This document shows, piece by piece, positions 10,004 to 20,130 of a DNA stretch of 64,000 nucleotides; positions within the stretch are counted from its first letter, which is position 1, and each line of letters begins with the position of its first letter. The notes under the pieces are model-generated. The model saw only the letters and a program-made list of their open reading frames with translations. It searched no databases and was not told where the DNA came from. Made by a program: the position numbers and the translations under genes. Location: assembly GCA_964019335.1 (NCBI GenBank), contig OZ025699.1:434001-498000 (forward strand), in the 5' to 3' direction. The DNA is from Diplonema japonicum. Lineage: Eukaryota; Protista; Euglenozoa: Diplonemea.

Positions 10004-10744
10004 ATGCGCTTCGATCAGCTGACACTCAAGGTGCCCGACGTAGAAGGCACCACGAAGTTCTACTGCGACGTATTAGGCATGAAGGACACGGGTAAAGGGC
10101 TTGGATATGATGCTGGAGGACTGAAGCTTGTGCTGATTGAAGGAGATGAGAAGAGGAGCTCAACCGGGAAGGATGCCTACTGGAAGATAGGCATCACTGT
10201 GAAGGATTTGGATGCGGTTGTGAAGATCGTACGGGAGGCAGGTGTCGAGGTATCACAGCCAGCGCAGTTCAAGGATATTGGTTATCTGTGCCACCTACGC
10301 GACCCAGCAGGGCTCGGCATCGAGCTAATGCAGCAGGGGTTCGAAGGGCATGCTAAACCAGCTGGAACCCTCAGTGAGCAGGCCACGCTTGCTCACATCA
10401 CTTTAAGGGTTGCTGACTTGGACAAAGCACGCTGTCTGTGCGAGACAGATCTTGGCATGAGGCTCATGTCCGTGCAGCCTGTTCCTGAGTACAACTTCAC
10501 ACTCTACTTCTACACTTGGTCAGAAGAGGCCTTACCTGACTCCGACCTTAAGGCGGTGAGCAACCGCGAGTGGCTGTGGGCGCGCCCATACGCCCTCCTT
10601 GAGATACAACATCTTGAGAAGGCCACACCAGCTGATATCCGAGTGACACCTCCTTCTGAAGCCGGGCCTGTCAGCATCCACTGCTGTGACTCTGCCAATC
10701 CCGCTAAGACCCATGTGCTCACCAACAGCGATATCGATCTTTGA
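10004..10744 (+). CDS. Glyoxalase I / VOC-family protein (two VOC domains)
   Basis: LKVPDVEGTTKFYCDVLGM, LRDPAGLGIEL, AHITLRVADLDKA..LGMRL, FTLYF, LLEIQH. Confidence 0.85.
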   Translation: MRFDQLTLKVPDVEGTTKFYCDVLGMKDTGKGLGYDAGGLKLVLIEGDEKRSSTGKDAYWKIGITVKDLDAVVKIVREAGVEVSQPAQFKDIGYLCHLRDPAGLGIELMQQGFEGHAKPAGTLSEQATLAHITLRVADLDKARCLCETDLGMRLMSVQPVPEYNFTLYFYTWSEEALPDSDLKAVSNREWLWARPYALLEIQHLEKATPADIRVTPPSEAGPVSIHCCDSANPAKTHVLTNSDIDL

Positions 10745-11010
10745 GAATGATACACATAGATTGAATATTGCAAGGAAATAATTTTATTGTTGGGAACCAA
10801 CAGACTTAAATTTGGCTTTGACGTGTTTGAGGAAGTTCACGACACACACCTTTCTGTTCCTTACTTTCTATATATCATCCACTGTTTAGCCTAACTTTTT
10901 TTTCTTTTCGACCCAAGATTCCCTTAGCTTAACTTAATTTGTGTTTGTTAGAGCAACTTCAAAAACTATAATTACATCAAAAACAGGATTATCATTAACT
11001 AATTATCAAG

Positions 11011-11778
11011 ATGATGCAGAGACTCGCTCTTCGTGGTGCCAGGACCCCCGCCCTGCGCACTCTTGAGAACTGCCCCATGTTCAAGGAGGAGTGGAAGATG
11101 AGCTTCCAGGAAGGTGACAAGATCGTGTCGCCGTGGCACGACGTTCCCCTTGTCGCGGAGGGCGGGCAGACCTTCAACTACCTGAACGAGATCCCGATTC
11201 ACACGAGGGCGAAGATGGAGGTGGCGACCAAGGTGGAAGGGAACCCCATCAAGCAGGACATCAAGAAGGGCAAGCTGAGGTTCTTCACGTATGGGGACAT
11301 CCCCTTCAACTACGGGTGCCTCCCGTCCACCTGGGAAGACCCGGACGTAAAGGTTCCCAGCTGCAACAACGCTTCTGGTGACAACGATCCTCTCGACGTG
11401 TGTGAGATCTCGGGTGTGCGCAAGGAGGTTGGTGAGATCACTCCCGTAAAGGCTCTGGGTGTGCTGGCCATGATCGACGAAGGTGAGACCGACTGGAAGC
11501 TCATTGCACTCCCCGCCACTGAGGAGTTCGCCCGTTTCAACACTCTGAAGGACCTCCAGGCCGACCCTGTCTACAACCAGAAGCTTGCCGACATCGTTCA
11601 CTGGTTCAGGTACTACAAGACCACCGACGGCAAGCCCGAGAACAGCTTCGGTTTCAACAGCGAGTACCAAAACGAGGACTTCGCCATGAAGGTCATCGAG
11701 GAGACCCACGAGCAATACGTGGATCTCGTCAGTGGCAAGGCCAACAACCCCAAGAACGTTTGGACCCCAAGCCTGTGA
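11011..11778 (+). CDS. PPA: Soluble inorganic pyrophosphatase (family I), probable mitochondrial presequence
   Basis: SPWHDVPL, NYGCLPSTWEDP, GDNDPLD, IDEGETDWK, WFRYYK. The N-terminus is Arg-rich and acid-free. Confidence 0.95.
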   Translation: MMQRLALRGARTPALRTLENCPMFKEEWKMSFQEGDKIVSPWHDVPLVAEGGQTFNYLNEIPIHTRAKMEVATKVEGNPIKQDIKKGKLRFFTYGDIPFNYGCLPSTWEDPDVKVPSCNNASGDNDPLDVCEISGVRKEVGEITPVKALGVLAMIDEGETDWKLIALPATEEFARFNTLKDLQADPVYNQKLADIVHWFRYYKTTDGKPENSFGFNSEYQNEDFAMKVIEETHEQYVDLVSGKANNPKNVWTPSL

Positions 11779-11919
11779 TTTCATTCCAGTGATTTTAGCT
11801 ATTTTTTTTTTCTTGCTTATTTCTTCTCGTTGATGTCAGGTTCGGTTTCGGTTTCACTGTGTCTTATTGCTGAAGCACACACGCAGCAGAGACCCATCTT
11901 CTGTGGTTTCGTGTCCCTT

Positions 11920-12025
11920 GGAGTCCAGAAATGGAACATCCGTTAAAATTGGATCGATACAGAGAAGATTAGCATGGTCCCTGCGCAAGGATGACACGCA
12001 TTAATCGAGAAAGTATCACCTTTTT
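11920..12025 (+). ncRNA. U6: U6 spliceosomal snRNA
   Basis: ACAGAGA box (11959-11965), AGATTAGCATGG, CCCTGCGCAAGGATGACACGC internal stem-loop, 5' TCCA-GAAA-TGGA hairpin and a T9 terminator at 12021-12029. The 5' end is approximate. Confidence 0.95.
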
Positions 12026-12169
12026 TTTTCCCGAAAATGCTGCCAAGGGCTTCGGTTCAATTTTAGCTGACTCAATCTTTCTTCGTTGTCGTTGCAAATC
12101 GTTGCAAAACATGGCCAAGCGTCGGAAGGATGAAAGTTTTTCATTTGCTTGGTTGTGTTTCAGGGGGGC

Positions 12170-12312
12170 ATCCTTGCGCTCGGGAAGAAGCCATAGGCAA
12201 TGACCTAACAGGGACGCCATGGTGAGATTGCTGGTTGAAAACTACCCAATTACCCGCTTGTCAGCACTACGGTGCTGTTCAAGCAATTTCTCAAGCTGCT
12301 TCTGAGCAGTTC
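12170..12312 (+). ncRNA. U4: U4 spliceosomal snRNA
   Basis: 5' ATCCTTGCGC..GGGA is complementary to the adjacent U6 (stem II). K-turn-like 5' stem-loop (AATGA..GA), TGCTGGTTGAAAACT (stem I), 3' hairpin GCTTG..CAGCAC-TACG-GTGCTG..CAAGC, Sm-like AATTTCT (12285), terminal hairpin, then T7. Confidence 0.88.
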
Positions 12313-13011
12313 ATACTTTTTTTAAAACAGTGAGATTATGTCACAACCAACACAGGGAGGACAGATTTCAACAAGAAAGAAACAAATCCCGAAAACCTAA
12401 ATAAATGTCGCACTATCTAGAGCTTCAGGACAAGTAAGAGGAGCACTGCTAGAAGGCAACCTGGACGAGATGGGGTAGCGTTGACTCTGGTGCAAGGTAC
12501 AGCAAGGGCTCTTCATGCTGCAGCGGAACACAACTGTGTCATCGCTTCTCCCGGTGTCAACAAAGTCTCTCCATTATGCCGCACTCATGCCGAACACACG
12601 GAAGTGAGGCTGTCGTATCTTTTGGGTTAAGTCAGGGGGAACCGAAAATGGGTGTATCCACTCCGACGACTGCTGCTCCAGGTGGCGGGTTATACGTGAT
12701 GTGAAACCAAGCTTCGATCGCGTCTGTTTATGCAGGAAGTCTCTTTAGCAACCTGAAGGTTCTTCTTAACCCTTTCCCCTCCTTTTTTTTTATAAGTACC
12801 CAGTCTCGAAGAAGTGCTTCTTCTTCCACCTAGAGCTGATATAGGCAATACATGAAGGAGTTCCCTCCAGTGCAATGTGCGGATGAAGTTCTTTCTTAAT
12901 AGCAACTCGCCCCTTCTGAAAGTGATTCTTCTTTTTTTTCTTTATGTGGTATCTTCTTGTCACTCACTTTCCTTCAGCTCCAAATAAAGCACGTAACAAG
13001 CTCACAACAAC

Positions 13012-16000
13012 ATGGACCTTAACGATCTGGTAGACCTCAATGACCAAAGTGAGGACGAGGTGGACCCCCTCAGTACAGTTGTCGATATCGATGACGAAGA
13101 AGCCCCGTTAGCTGGTGTGTACGAAGACGAGGCCGGGGTGTGGTGGGTGGTGTGCCCCAATCCTCTGACGGCAGTCTCCTGCAGCACAGCTGAAAAGATC
13201 CGCGTTTACCCCTCTGAACCCAGATGGAGCAGATGGAAGAAAATCACCTACACCGAACAGCTCTCCGAGGGCAAAACCGTCATGTCCCCCGACAACCCCG
13301 ATCGCGTCTCTGAAATGCGGGCAGTGTTCAAGGCAGTAATGTTTCCCTACCTTGGAAAGTCGGGGAAGGTCATCGATGTAATGAAGGACTCTGTTCGAAT
13401 GGAGATCAACGGGGCCAGGATGTGTTTCGACCTCGACCTCTTCCCGAAGACCTTTGAGAGACTCTGCCCCCAAGGATGCTCCCTCAAATCCTTTCTAACA
13501 AAGAACGACAACATGATGCACACTTGCGACTGCTGCTTTTCTCAATTCGGGGATCGAACACCTCTGTTCGGGTGCAGGGCACACGACTACGACCTGTGTC
13601 TGTACTGCAGCGGGATGGAACCTAGTGTGAAGGCGGGGACTAAGGTGGTTCGAGGCCCCACATGGGTCTGGAACGACCAAGACGGCGGGGAGTACAGACA
13701 GGGCACCGTGCAAAAGATCGAGCATAGTTGGGTGAGCGTTCGCTGGGACACCGGGGAGACGAACCAATACAGGAGTGCGCCCTTCTGCGATGTGATGGCC
13801 AACGACTCAGAAATCAATGTCAATCAAGACAGCCAAGAGAAGCGTAAGATATTAGCCCAGAAGCGCAACACCGCAAGGGAAAAGTCCTTCATGCCACACT
13901 GCAAGTACAACCCACGCAATGGGTTCCACTTCACGAACTTGCTTCCCAGAATGAAGGTGGGAGACGGCAAGAAGACGATAACCCCCACTGTCGCAGGCCC
14001 TTGCAGCGTGTTCCTCGAGGAAACCCTCAAAGGGAGCGTCTCGTGCAGCTTTGAAGCGACCAAGCTGTCGCCCGGTGGGAAGATGTGGTTTGGTATCGAA
14101 GTAGGTAAAATCGAGAAAGGGTACGCTTCTCGCAACATAGGGACGGTTGGCTCACTGGCGCTGATGTGCACGGAGGAAGAGTGCTATGCCATCAACAACG
14201 AGAAGAGGGACACGGACAAGCATAGCTGCCCTCCTCTGGAGAATGGTGATGTGGTGACGGTTTCTGTGAGGGAAGGGGAGATTTCTTTCTTTAAAAACAA
14301 GGATTTTGTCTGCGGTGGCTTCGGTTTTGGAAAAGATATGACGTACAAGTTCGGGGTGTCTGTGGAGACAGTGGGTGACGTGGTGACACTGGTGGAGACA
14401 ATGGACTGCAACCTGCCTGAGCTGCCATCACTGGAATACAAGCCGGAGGAGGGTTTACACTTCACAGACTTGCTGTCGAGCATGGAGATGAGCGAAGACA
14501 AGAAGACCGTGAAGCGTGTTACCGCTGATCAGCCCTGCAGCGTGTATGTTGCGGAGACCCTCCGGGGGGACACCTTGTGCAGCTTTGAGGTGAAAAAATT
14601 GACACCCGGTGAATCAATGTGGTTCGGCATCGAAAGCGTACCCATCAGCCCCACCCTTCATAAGCGCAATATTGGTGAGGTCGGATCGCTGGCACTGCTT
14701 TGCACGAGTGATGAGTGTTACCCCATCAACTCAGGGAAGAGGGTGAAAGACAAAGGGACGTGTCCTCCTTTGACAGAGGGAGACGTGGTGACTGTGTCTG
14801 TGAAGGACGGCAGGGAGATCTCTTTCTACAAGAACAACGAGTACATTTGCGGTAGTTTCGGCTTCAAGGAGGCTAAGCCCTACAAGTTCGGTGTCTCTGT
14901 GGCAGCTGTGGGTGACGCTGTGACACTGGTGAAGTGCAACGACTCGTCCCAAATACCGGATGCCGAGTACAAGCAGGAGGAAGGGTTCCACTTCTCGGAC
15001 TTGTTGCCCAGCATGAAAGTGAGCGACGACAAGAAAACCTTAACCTGCACTGAAGCGAAGCCTTGCAGCCCCTTCGTTGCTGAAACCCTAGGGGGCGACT
15101 CTTGGTGCAGCTTTGAAGTAACTAAGCTGTCGCCAGATGGGAAGATGCGGTTCGGCATTGAGATCGGCACTGTGAACAGCTCCTTCCACAAGCACGACCT
15201 TGGAGAAATCAGCTCGCTGGCACTGCTCTGCACAACTGAAACATGCTACACTGTGCAGAACGCCAAGAAGGTGAAGAACAAACGGAGCACCGACGGTATT
15301 AAGGAAGGCGATGTGGTGACAGTGGTCGTGAGAGACGAGGAGATCTCCTTTTTCAAAAACAGAGAGTACATCTGCGGGGGCTTCGGCTTCAGTGGATACG
15401 TGACCTACAAGTACGGTGCATCCATGAGCACGGTTGGGGATGTTGTGACGATCGTAGGCTACGACAACCCTTCTCAGATCCCGTCGCAGGAATACAAGCC
15501 AGAGGAAGGCCTCCATTTTTCCAACGTGCTGCCCAGTATGGATGTAAGCGACGACGAGAAGACCCTGACACGCACCGCAGAGCAGCCGTGCACCGCTTTC
15601 TGCAAGGAGACCCTCCGTGAGACTGTTCTGTGCGGCTTCAAGGTGGTGAAGTTGTCACCCAACGGGAAGATGCGGTTCGGTGTCGAGTGTGGTGAGATCA
15701 AAAACGAGTCGCGCTTCGGAAAGCACATGGGAGAGGCAGGGTCCCTTGCGCTGTCCTGCTCGGATACGAAAAAGTGCCGCCCTATCAACAACGGGAAACA
15801 CATCAAAGACAAGGGCGAGGGTCCACCCTTAAAGGAAGGTGACGTGGTGATGATCGCTGTTCGCAGCGGCGATATTTCATTTTACGTGAACGGGCAATAT
15901 GTCAGCGGTGGCTTTAGCTTTGCAGAAGACTTAGAGTACAAGTACGGGGTGTCCATAGGTACGGTGGGTGACGCGGTGGAAATTGTGCAAGTGACGGACC

Positions 16001-17751
16001 CACGCCCTGTCCTGGGGGAAGCGGAGTACGTCGAAGACGAGGGGTTCCACCTGATAGATTTCGAGGACGGGAAGATGACGCGCGACGGTGCAAAGCAGAC
16101 ATTCGTCACGAAAGAGCTTATGGGGGTGAGCGATGAAACGCGGACAGTGCATTTCAAGGTGGCGATGGAGGGCGAGCTTGTTTTTGGGGTCTTCGGGAAG
16201 GAACTCGTGAAGGGACAAGAAGTGCCGCTCCAAGACCAGCCGGGGTCCTGTGGGCTTGTTGTCAAGATTGGTAAATCGAAGGCAAAACTCTCGTTCGGAA
16301 GGGAAGTGAAGCTTCCTGCGAAGGTGAAGCGTGATGACATCTTCTCCGTTAAAGTGGAGAACGAGTCAGGTGCAATCAGCTTCTACCTGAACAAGAAGCT
16401 TGTCGACAGGTCTACCTCTGTGAGCGGGATGTACAGGTTCGGCATCACACTGTGCGAACAGGGCGACCACGTAGTGCTGCTTAAGAACCTGGACGATGTT
16501 TCAGACTGTGACACCGACAGCAGCGACGATAATGGTGGCAACGAGAAAGCCAGCACTTCGAGTCTTCTGCAAGAGCTGTTTCAGCGAGCACAGGAAAACG
16601 GAGATTATGATCAGCTTCAGACACTCTTGCAACACGTGCAAAAACAAGGGAATGCCAACAGCGACAAAGAAGACAGCGACAACGGCAACGAAGAAGAAGA
16701 CGACAAGGACAAAGAAGAGGGACAAGAAACGGACGTTACAGGCCAGATGAAAATGTTGATGCAGTTAATGGGTGGGATGCTATCAGGTGAACAAGAAGAC
16801 AGCGACAGCGACAGCGACAACGAAGAAGAAAACGACAAGGACAAAGAAGAGGGACAATTAGGTGGGATGCTATCAGGTGAGCAAGACAGCGACGACAAGC
16901 ACAAGGACGGCAACCCATCAGCCGCCGAGGCCAGTGATTCCGACAGCCAGAGCGACGAGAGCGAAGAGAACAGCAACGAGGCCGCCTTGAAGCTGCTGAC
17001 AGATCTCGGAGCGCTGCAGGGTAGAAAGACCGAACAGGTACCCAGCTCTGAAGCAATCTACGAACTTTTGAAAAAGACGAACCAGATCTTCGAGGAAAGC
17101 GAACTTCCTCCACAAAGCACGTGGGAAAAGCTCGGCTGTGGCGGGTTCGGTACCGTGTACAAGACGAAGTACAAGAGCTTCGATGTTGCCGTGAAGGTTC
17201 AGAGCGGCAAGGACCTCGAAGAGTACAACCGTGAGGTGAAGATGGCGATGGATATGGAGAGGGTCGAGAATGCTGTGAAGATCTTTGGCTTTGTCCCGAA
17301 AATGCGTGCGATCGTGATGAAGTACTACCCAGACGGGGACCTTGAGACGTACGTGAAGAATGGGGGGCTGAAAACGCGGGAAGAAAAGTACAAGATGATG
17401 CACAACCTTGTGAAGGGACTGGAAGTCATGACGAGCGGGGTCGTGCACATCAGTCCGAAACCAAGGAATATCCTGATCGACAAATGTGAGCCTGCCATCG
17501 CTGACCTTACAAAGAGCAAAGATGCCAAGAGCGCCACGGAGAAGGACGATGTGCACGCCTGTGGCATGATCTTCTACTTCATCTTGACTGGCGGGGTCTG
17601 GCCCGAGAAGACCCAGCCCGACCTCGAGCATGAGGCCTTATTGAGCGATAAGGAGTCAGTCGATATCCTGAGTGAGTGTTTCGCGTGTAAGGCAGACGAG
17701 CGCCCTACTCTTGCGAAACTCATTAAGAAGTTCAACCCTTCAGATCCGTAA
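13012..17751 (+). CDS. ZZ-like Zn finger + MIB/HERC2 domain + five SPRY/B30.2-like repeats + acidic linker + C-terminal pseudokinase
   Basis: CDCC..CRAHDYDLCLYC; GTKVVRGPTWVWNDQDGG..VRWDTGETNQYR; ~176-aa repeats starting near 13894, 14431, 14962, 15487 and 16021. The kinase has GCGGFG and AVK, but HISPKPRN and DLT replace HRD and DFG. Confidence 0.88.
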   Translation: MDLNDLVDLNDQSEDEVDPLSTVVDIDDEEAPLAGVYEDEAGVWWVVCPNPLTAVSCSTAEKIRVYPSEPRWSRWKKITYTEQLSEGKTVMSPDNPDRVSEMRAVFKAVMFPYLGKSGKVIDVMKDSVRMEINGARMCFDLDLFPKTFERLCPQGCSLKSFLTKNDNMMHTCDCCFSQFGDRTPLFGCRAHDYDLCLYCSGMEPSVKAGTKVVRGPTWVWNDQDGGEYRQGTVQKIEHSWVSVRWDTGETNQYRSAPFCDVMANDSEINVNQDSQEKRKILAQKRNTAREKSFMPHCKYNPRNGFHFTNLLPRMKVGDGKKTITPTVAGPCSVFLEETLKGSVSCSFEATKLSPGGKMWFGIEVGKIEKGYASRNIGTVGSLALMCTEEECYAINNEKRDTDKHSCPPLENGDVVTVSVREGEISFFKNKDFVCGGFGFGKDMTYKFGVSVETVGDVVTLVETMDCNLPELPSLEYKPEEGLHFTDLLSSMEMSEDKKTVKRVTADQPCSVYVAETLRGDTLCSFEVKKLTPGESMWFGIESVPISPTLHKRNIGEVGSLALLCTSDECYPINSGKRVKDKGTCPPLTEGDVVTVSVKDGREISFYKNNEYICGSFGFKEAKPYKFGVSVAAVGDAVTLVKCNDSSQIPDAEYKQEEGFHFSDLLPSMKVSDDKKTLTCTEAKPCSPFVAETLGGDSWCSFEVTKLSPDGKMRFGIEIGTVNSSFHKHDLGEISSLALLCTTETCYTVQNAKKVKNKRSTDGIKEGDVVTVVVRDEEISFFKNREYICGGFGFSGYVTYKYGASMSTVGDVVTIVGYDNPSQIPSQEYKPEEGLHFSNVLPSMDVSDDEKTLTRTAEQPCTAFCKETLRETVLCGFKVVKLSPNGKMRFGVECGEIKNESRFGKHMGEAGSLALSCSDTKKCRPINNGKHIKDKGEGPPLKEGDVVMIAVRSGDISFYVNGQYVSGGFSFAEDLEYKYGVSIGTVGDAVEIVQVTDPRPVLGEAEYVEDEGFHLIDFEDGKMTRDGAKQTFVTKELMGVSDETRTVHFKVAMEGELVFGVFGKELVKGQEVPLQDQPGSCGLVVKIGKSKAKLSFGREVKLPAKVKRDDIFSVKVENESGAISFYLNKKLVDRSTSVSGMYRFGITLCEQGDHVVLLKNLDDVSDCDTDSSDDNGGNEKASTSSLLQELFQRAQENGDYDQLQTLLQHVQKQGNANSDKEDSDNGNEEEDDKDKEEGQETDVTGQMKMLMQLMGGMLSGEQEDSDSDSDNEEENDKDKEEGQLGGMLSGEQDSDDKHKDGNPSAAEASDSDSQSDESEENSNEAALKLLTDLGALQGRKTEQVPSSEAIYELLKKTNQIFEESELPPQSTWEKLGCGGFGTVYKTKYKSFDVAVKVQSGKDLEEYNREVKMAMDMERVENAVKIFGFVPKMRAIVMKYYPDGDLETYVKNGGLKTREEKYKMMHNLVKGLEVMTSGVVHISPKPRNILIDKCEPAIADLTKSKDAKSATEKDDVHACGMIFYFILTGGVWPEKTQPDLEHEALLSDKESVDILSECFACKADERPTLAKLIKKFNPSDP

Positions 17752-17995
17752 AGTGGGCCCCGCCTACAAACCCTTTTCGTCATTTTGCGGGCGGTGATCA
17801 GACGCTTTACGAATCTGAGGCGTTTTGCTTTAAATCTTTTTTTATTCTCCCCCCCCCCCCTTTTTTACTTGAAGAAAAGCATATTTTTGATAATGAATTG
17901 TTGGCCGGCTATGCACAAACAATCGACTGGGTCTCTTTTTTCTTTTTTTTACTTTCCCCCCCCCCCTCTTTTTTTGCTCCATTTTTTATTCCATG

Positions 17996-18200
17996 CATCT
18001 TCGCCACCCACTCCACGCACGACAAGCTGATGGAACTGAAAGCCGCTTACAAGCGAGACCGCATCACACGACTCCGCAAGACGCTCAAGGCCTCGATTGG
18101 AACGAAAGCAATGCTCCAGAAGGGGTGTATAAATAGATAGCCCCCCCCAACCCACCCAAGGGCGGCCCTCCATGAGGGGGTTTGTCCTGCACTTTGAGTT
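17996..18200 (+). mobile_element. 5'-truncated copy of the non-LTR retrotransposon 3' end
   Basis: Near-identical to 58803-59007 (one substitution seen by eye). TTATTCC occurs on both sides as a candidate target-site duplication. Confidence 0.93.
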
Positions 18201-19362
18201 ATTCCCCTTTTTCTTCTGTAAGAAGTGTTGGGCATGTGAGGCAGACGATCACCTTGGTTATCATGCTCAGCTACATTCTTTCCCCCCCCTTTTTTTTTCT
18301 CTCCCCTTTTCTTTTTCTCCCCCCCCCCTTATTTTTTTAGCTTAAAGACTGTTATTGCAGGCCTTTCGTTTTTTAAGATGAGCAACTCCTCCCTAAGCGA
18401 GTTGCTTTGAAACTGGGTGTCAACACCCTGACATGAGGACCTTTAAAAATTCTAGGGCCGGAGTTGCTGCAAGGGATTGACAACCGCTAGCCTCCAGGCC
18501 CTTGCAGTAAGCAACTCGTGAAGAACATTGTTGGCTTACCGGGGACATTATCTGACCCATGAACACAAACAGCGCAATGAGGAATGCTGTGCACCCCCCT
18601 TTTTTTATTCCATGTCTCTCACTTCTTGTTACAAGTCCCTGTTGCCACCATGGAGCCTGCACAGTCACAAAAATAGTGGCCCCAAAAAAAAGAAACAAAA
18701 TATGGTCAAGAAAAAAAAAAAAAAAAAAAAACACTAAACCAGGCCACTAAAAAACCTTTTGGGAATCGTGTTTTTTTTGACAAAATAGTAGTGAAATAAT
18801 GGACCATCTTATTTATCCCACTTGTCACACACTAACGTTTAGCAAGAAGACTTCCCCCCCCTTTTTCTTTTCTCTTCTCCCTCCTCCTCTTCCCGTGGTT
18901 TTGACCTTTTATTTCCTTGTCTTCCTCGCGGCTTTTAAACACATTACAGGAAGAAAGAAACAAATGTCGCGCTGTGGAGCCTGAGAAGAACAAGCAAGAG
19001 GAGAGGCTCGGGCATGGCCTTGTACTGAAAGGTGCAAGGGCATTCGTGGCGGGATCTGCTCTGTCACGAGCCGAACACATGCCATTTGGTAATCAAGCCC
19101 AAGACGCCTTCACGGCGACCGGTGGTGGGGTGTCCTCGTGCAACTCTCAGAGATTCTAGACGGGTAGGTATTGTTGACGATATACAAGTTGAAACTGGGC
19201 CAGCCGGCGCTGGCTGAAATGGACTGTACAAAGGCATGGACCTCGTGATTGGCGTTGAAATAAGGATTTTGAAATCGACCTTTCAGCATGTTGCCGAAGT
19301 GAAAATTCGAATAAAACAGTGCTCGGTGTCGGTGCGTTCTTGCGGGAGCCCCCCCCCCCCCA

Positions 19363-19555
19363 GGCCTATGCTGGCATGGAAACGCGTTTCCATGCATTTT
19401 TTGAAAAAAAGGGAAACGGAAACGGATACGGAAACGGAAACGTTTCCTTATGTTTCCTTAAGAAGGAACCGCGTTTCCATAAGAATTTTGAAAAGTATGG
19501 AAACGGAAACGGATACGGAAACGGAAACGTTTCCACGTTTCCTGCCAGCATAGCC
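19363..19555. mobile_element. MITE-like element with terminal inverted repeats and internal GGAAAC repeats
   Basis: CTATGCTGGCA(T)GGAAACG ... CGTTTCCTGCCAGCATAG. The internal GGAAACGGAAACGGATACGGAAACGGAAACGTTTCC occurs twice. No clear TSD. Confidence 0.65.
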
Positions 19556-19640
19556 GGACGGCGGGGCATATGCAACGCTTCGTGATGCGGTTGGAGAGTG
19601 AAGCAGGACTTGTTTAGGGGGAACGCACGGGTTTCCATGC

Positions 19641-19970
19641 TTTTTTTTTTCTTCTCTCAGGTGGTGGGGATAACATGAAAATATAAGAAAAACATCAGAT
19701 GTGTTGTTCGCTGTTGACCTCCTCGTCGGTCATCACCGGTAGCACCCGAGTGGAAGAACGTAACGCAGATGCTCAGGGTGACGAACAGGCAGCAAACTGC
19801 ACGAGCGCAGAATCTTGGTTACCCGGGACGCCCCGGCTGGGGTTGAGCTGTACACCGCACGCATTAAGGACACGACGCGGAACGCAGAAGAAGCTACAAC
19901 TCGGCCGCGGTGCGCCCCCTGTAATCAAGCAGACAGTTCTTGTGCAGGGCGCCGCCAACACCGGCCTCTC
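19641..19970 (-). mobile_element. Longer 3' fragment of the second retroelement-like family
   Basis: Shares ~62 bp with 797-859 and has an A-rich tail on the minus strand. The GC-rich body extends to about 19970 (boundary approximate). Confidence 0.5.
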
Positions 19971-20130
19971 TAACTCATATATATATTTTTTTCTTTTTTT
20001 TTTTTCCTTGGTCTTCTTTCGTTTCTTTTTTGATATGCATTTTGTTGTCTCTTCAACTTAGCTACTTATATACACCACAGTTAATCAACACCACTTTTTG
20101 AAAAAAAGAAGAAAAAAACAAAAGAAAACG

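Noticed and set aside
12541-12550. ATCGCTTCTC resembling the 5' end of U2 snRNA
   Set aside because: Not followed by GCTAAGATCA or the GTAGTA branch-pairing sequence; a chance match.
18343-18560. Possible U3 snoRNA (AAGACTG start, ATGAGGA, CGTGAAG, TCTGA words)
   Set aside because: Box A/A' and box C are not recognisable and the spacing is unconvincing.
19411-19535. CRISPR-like repeat-spacer pattern
   Set aside because: Only two low-complexity repeats, in a eukaryotic context with no cas genes.
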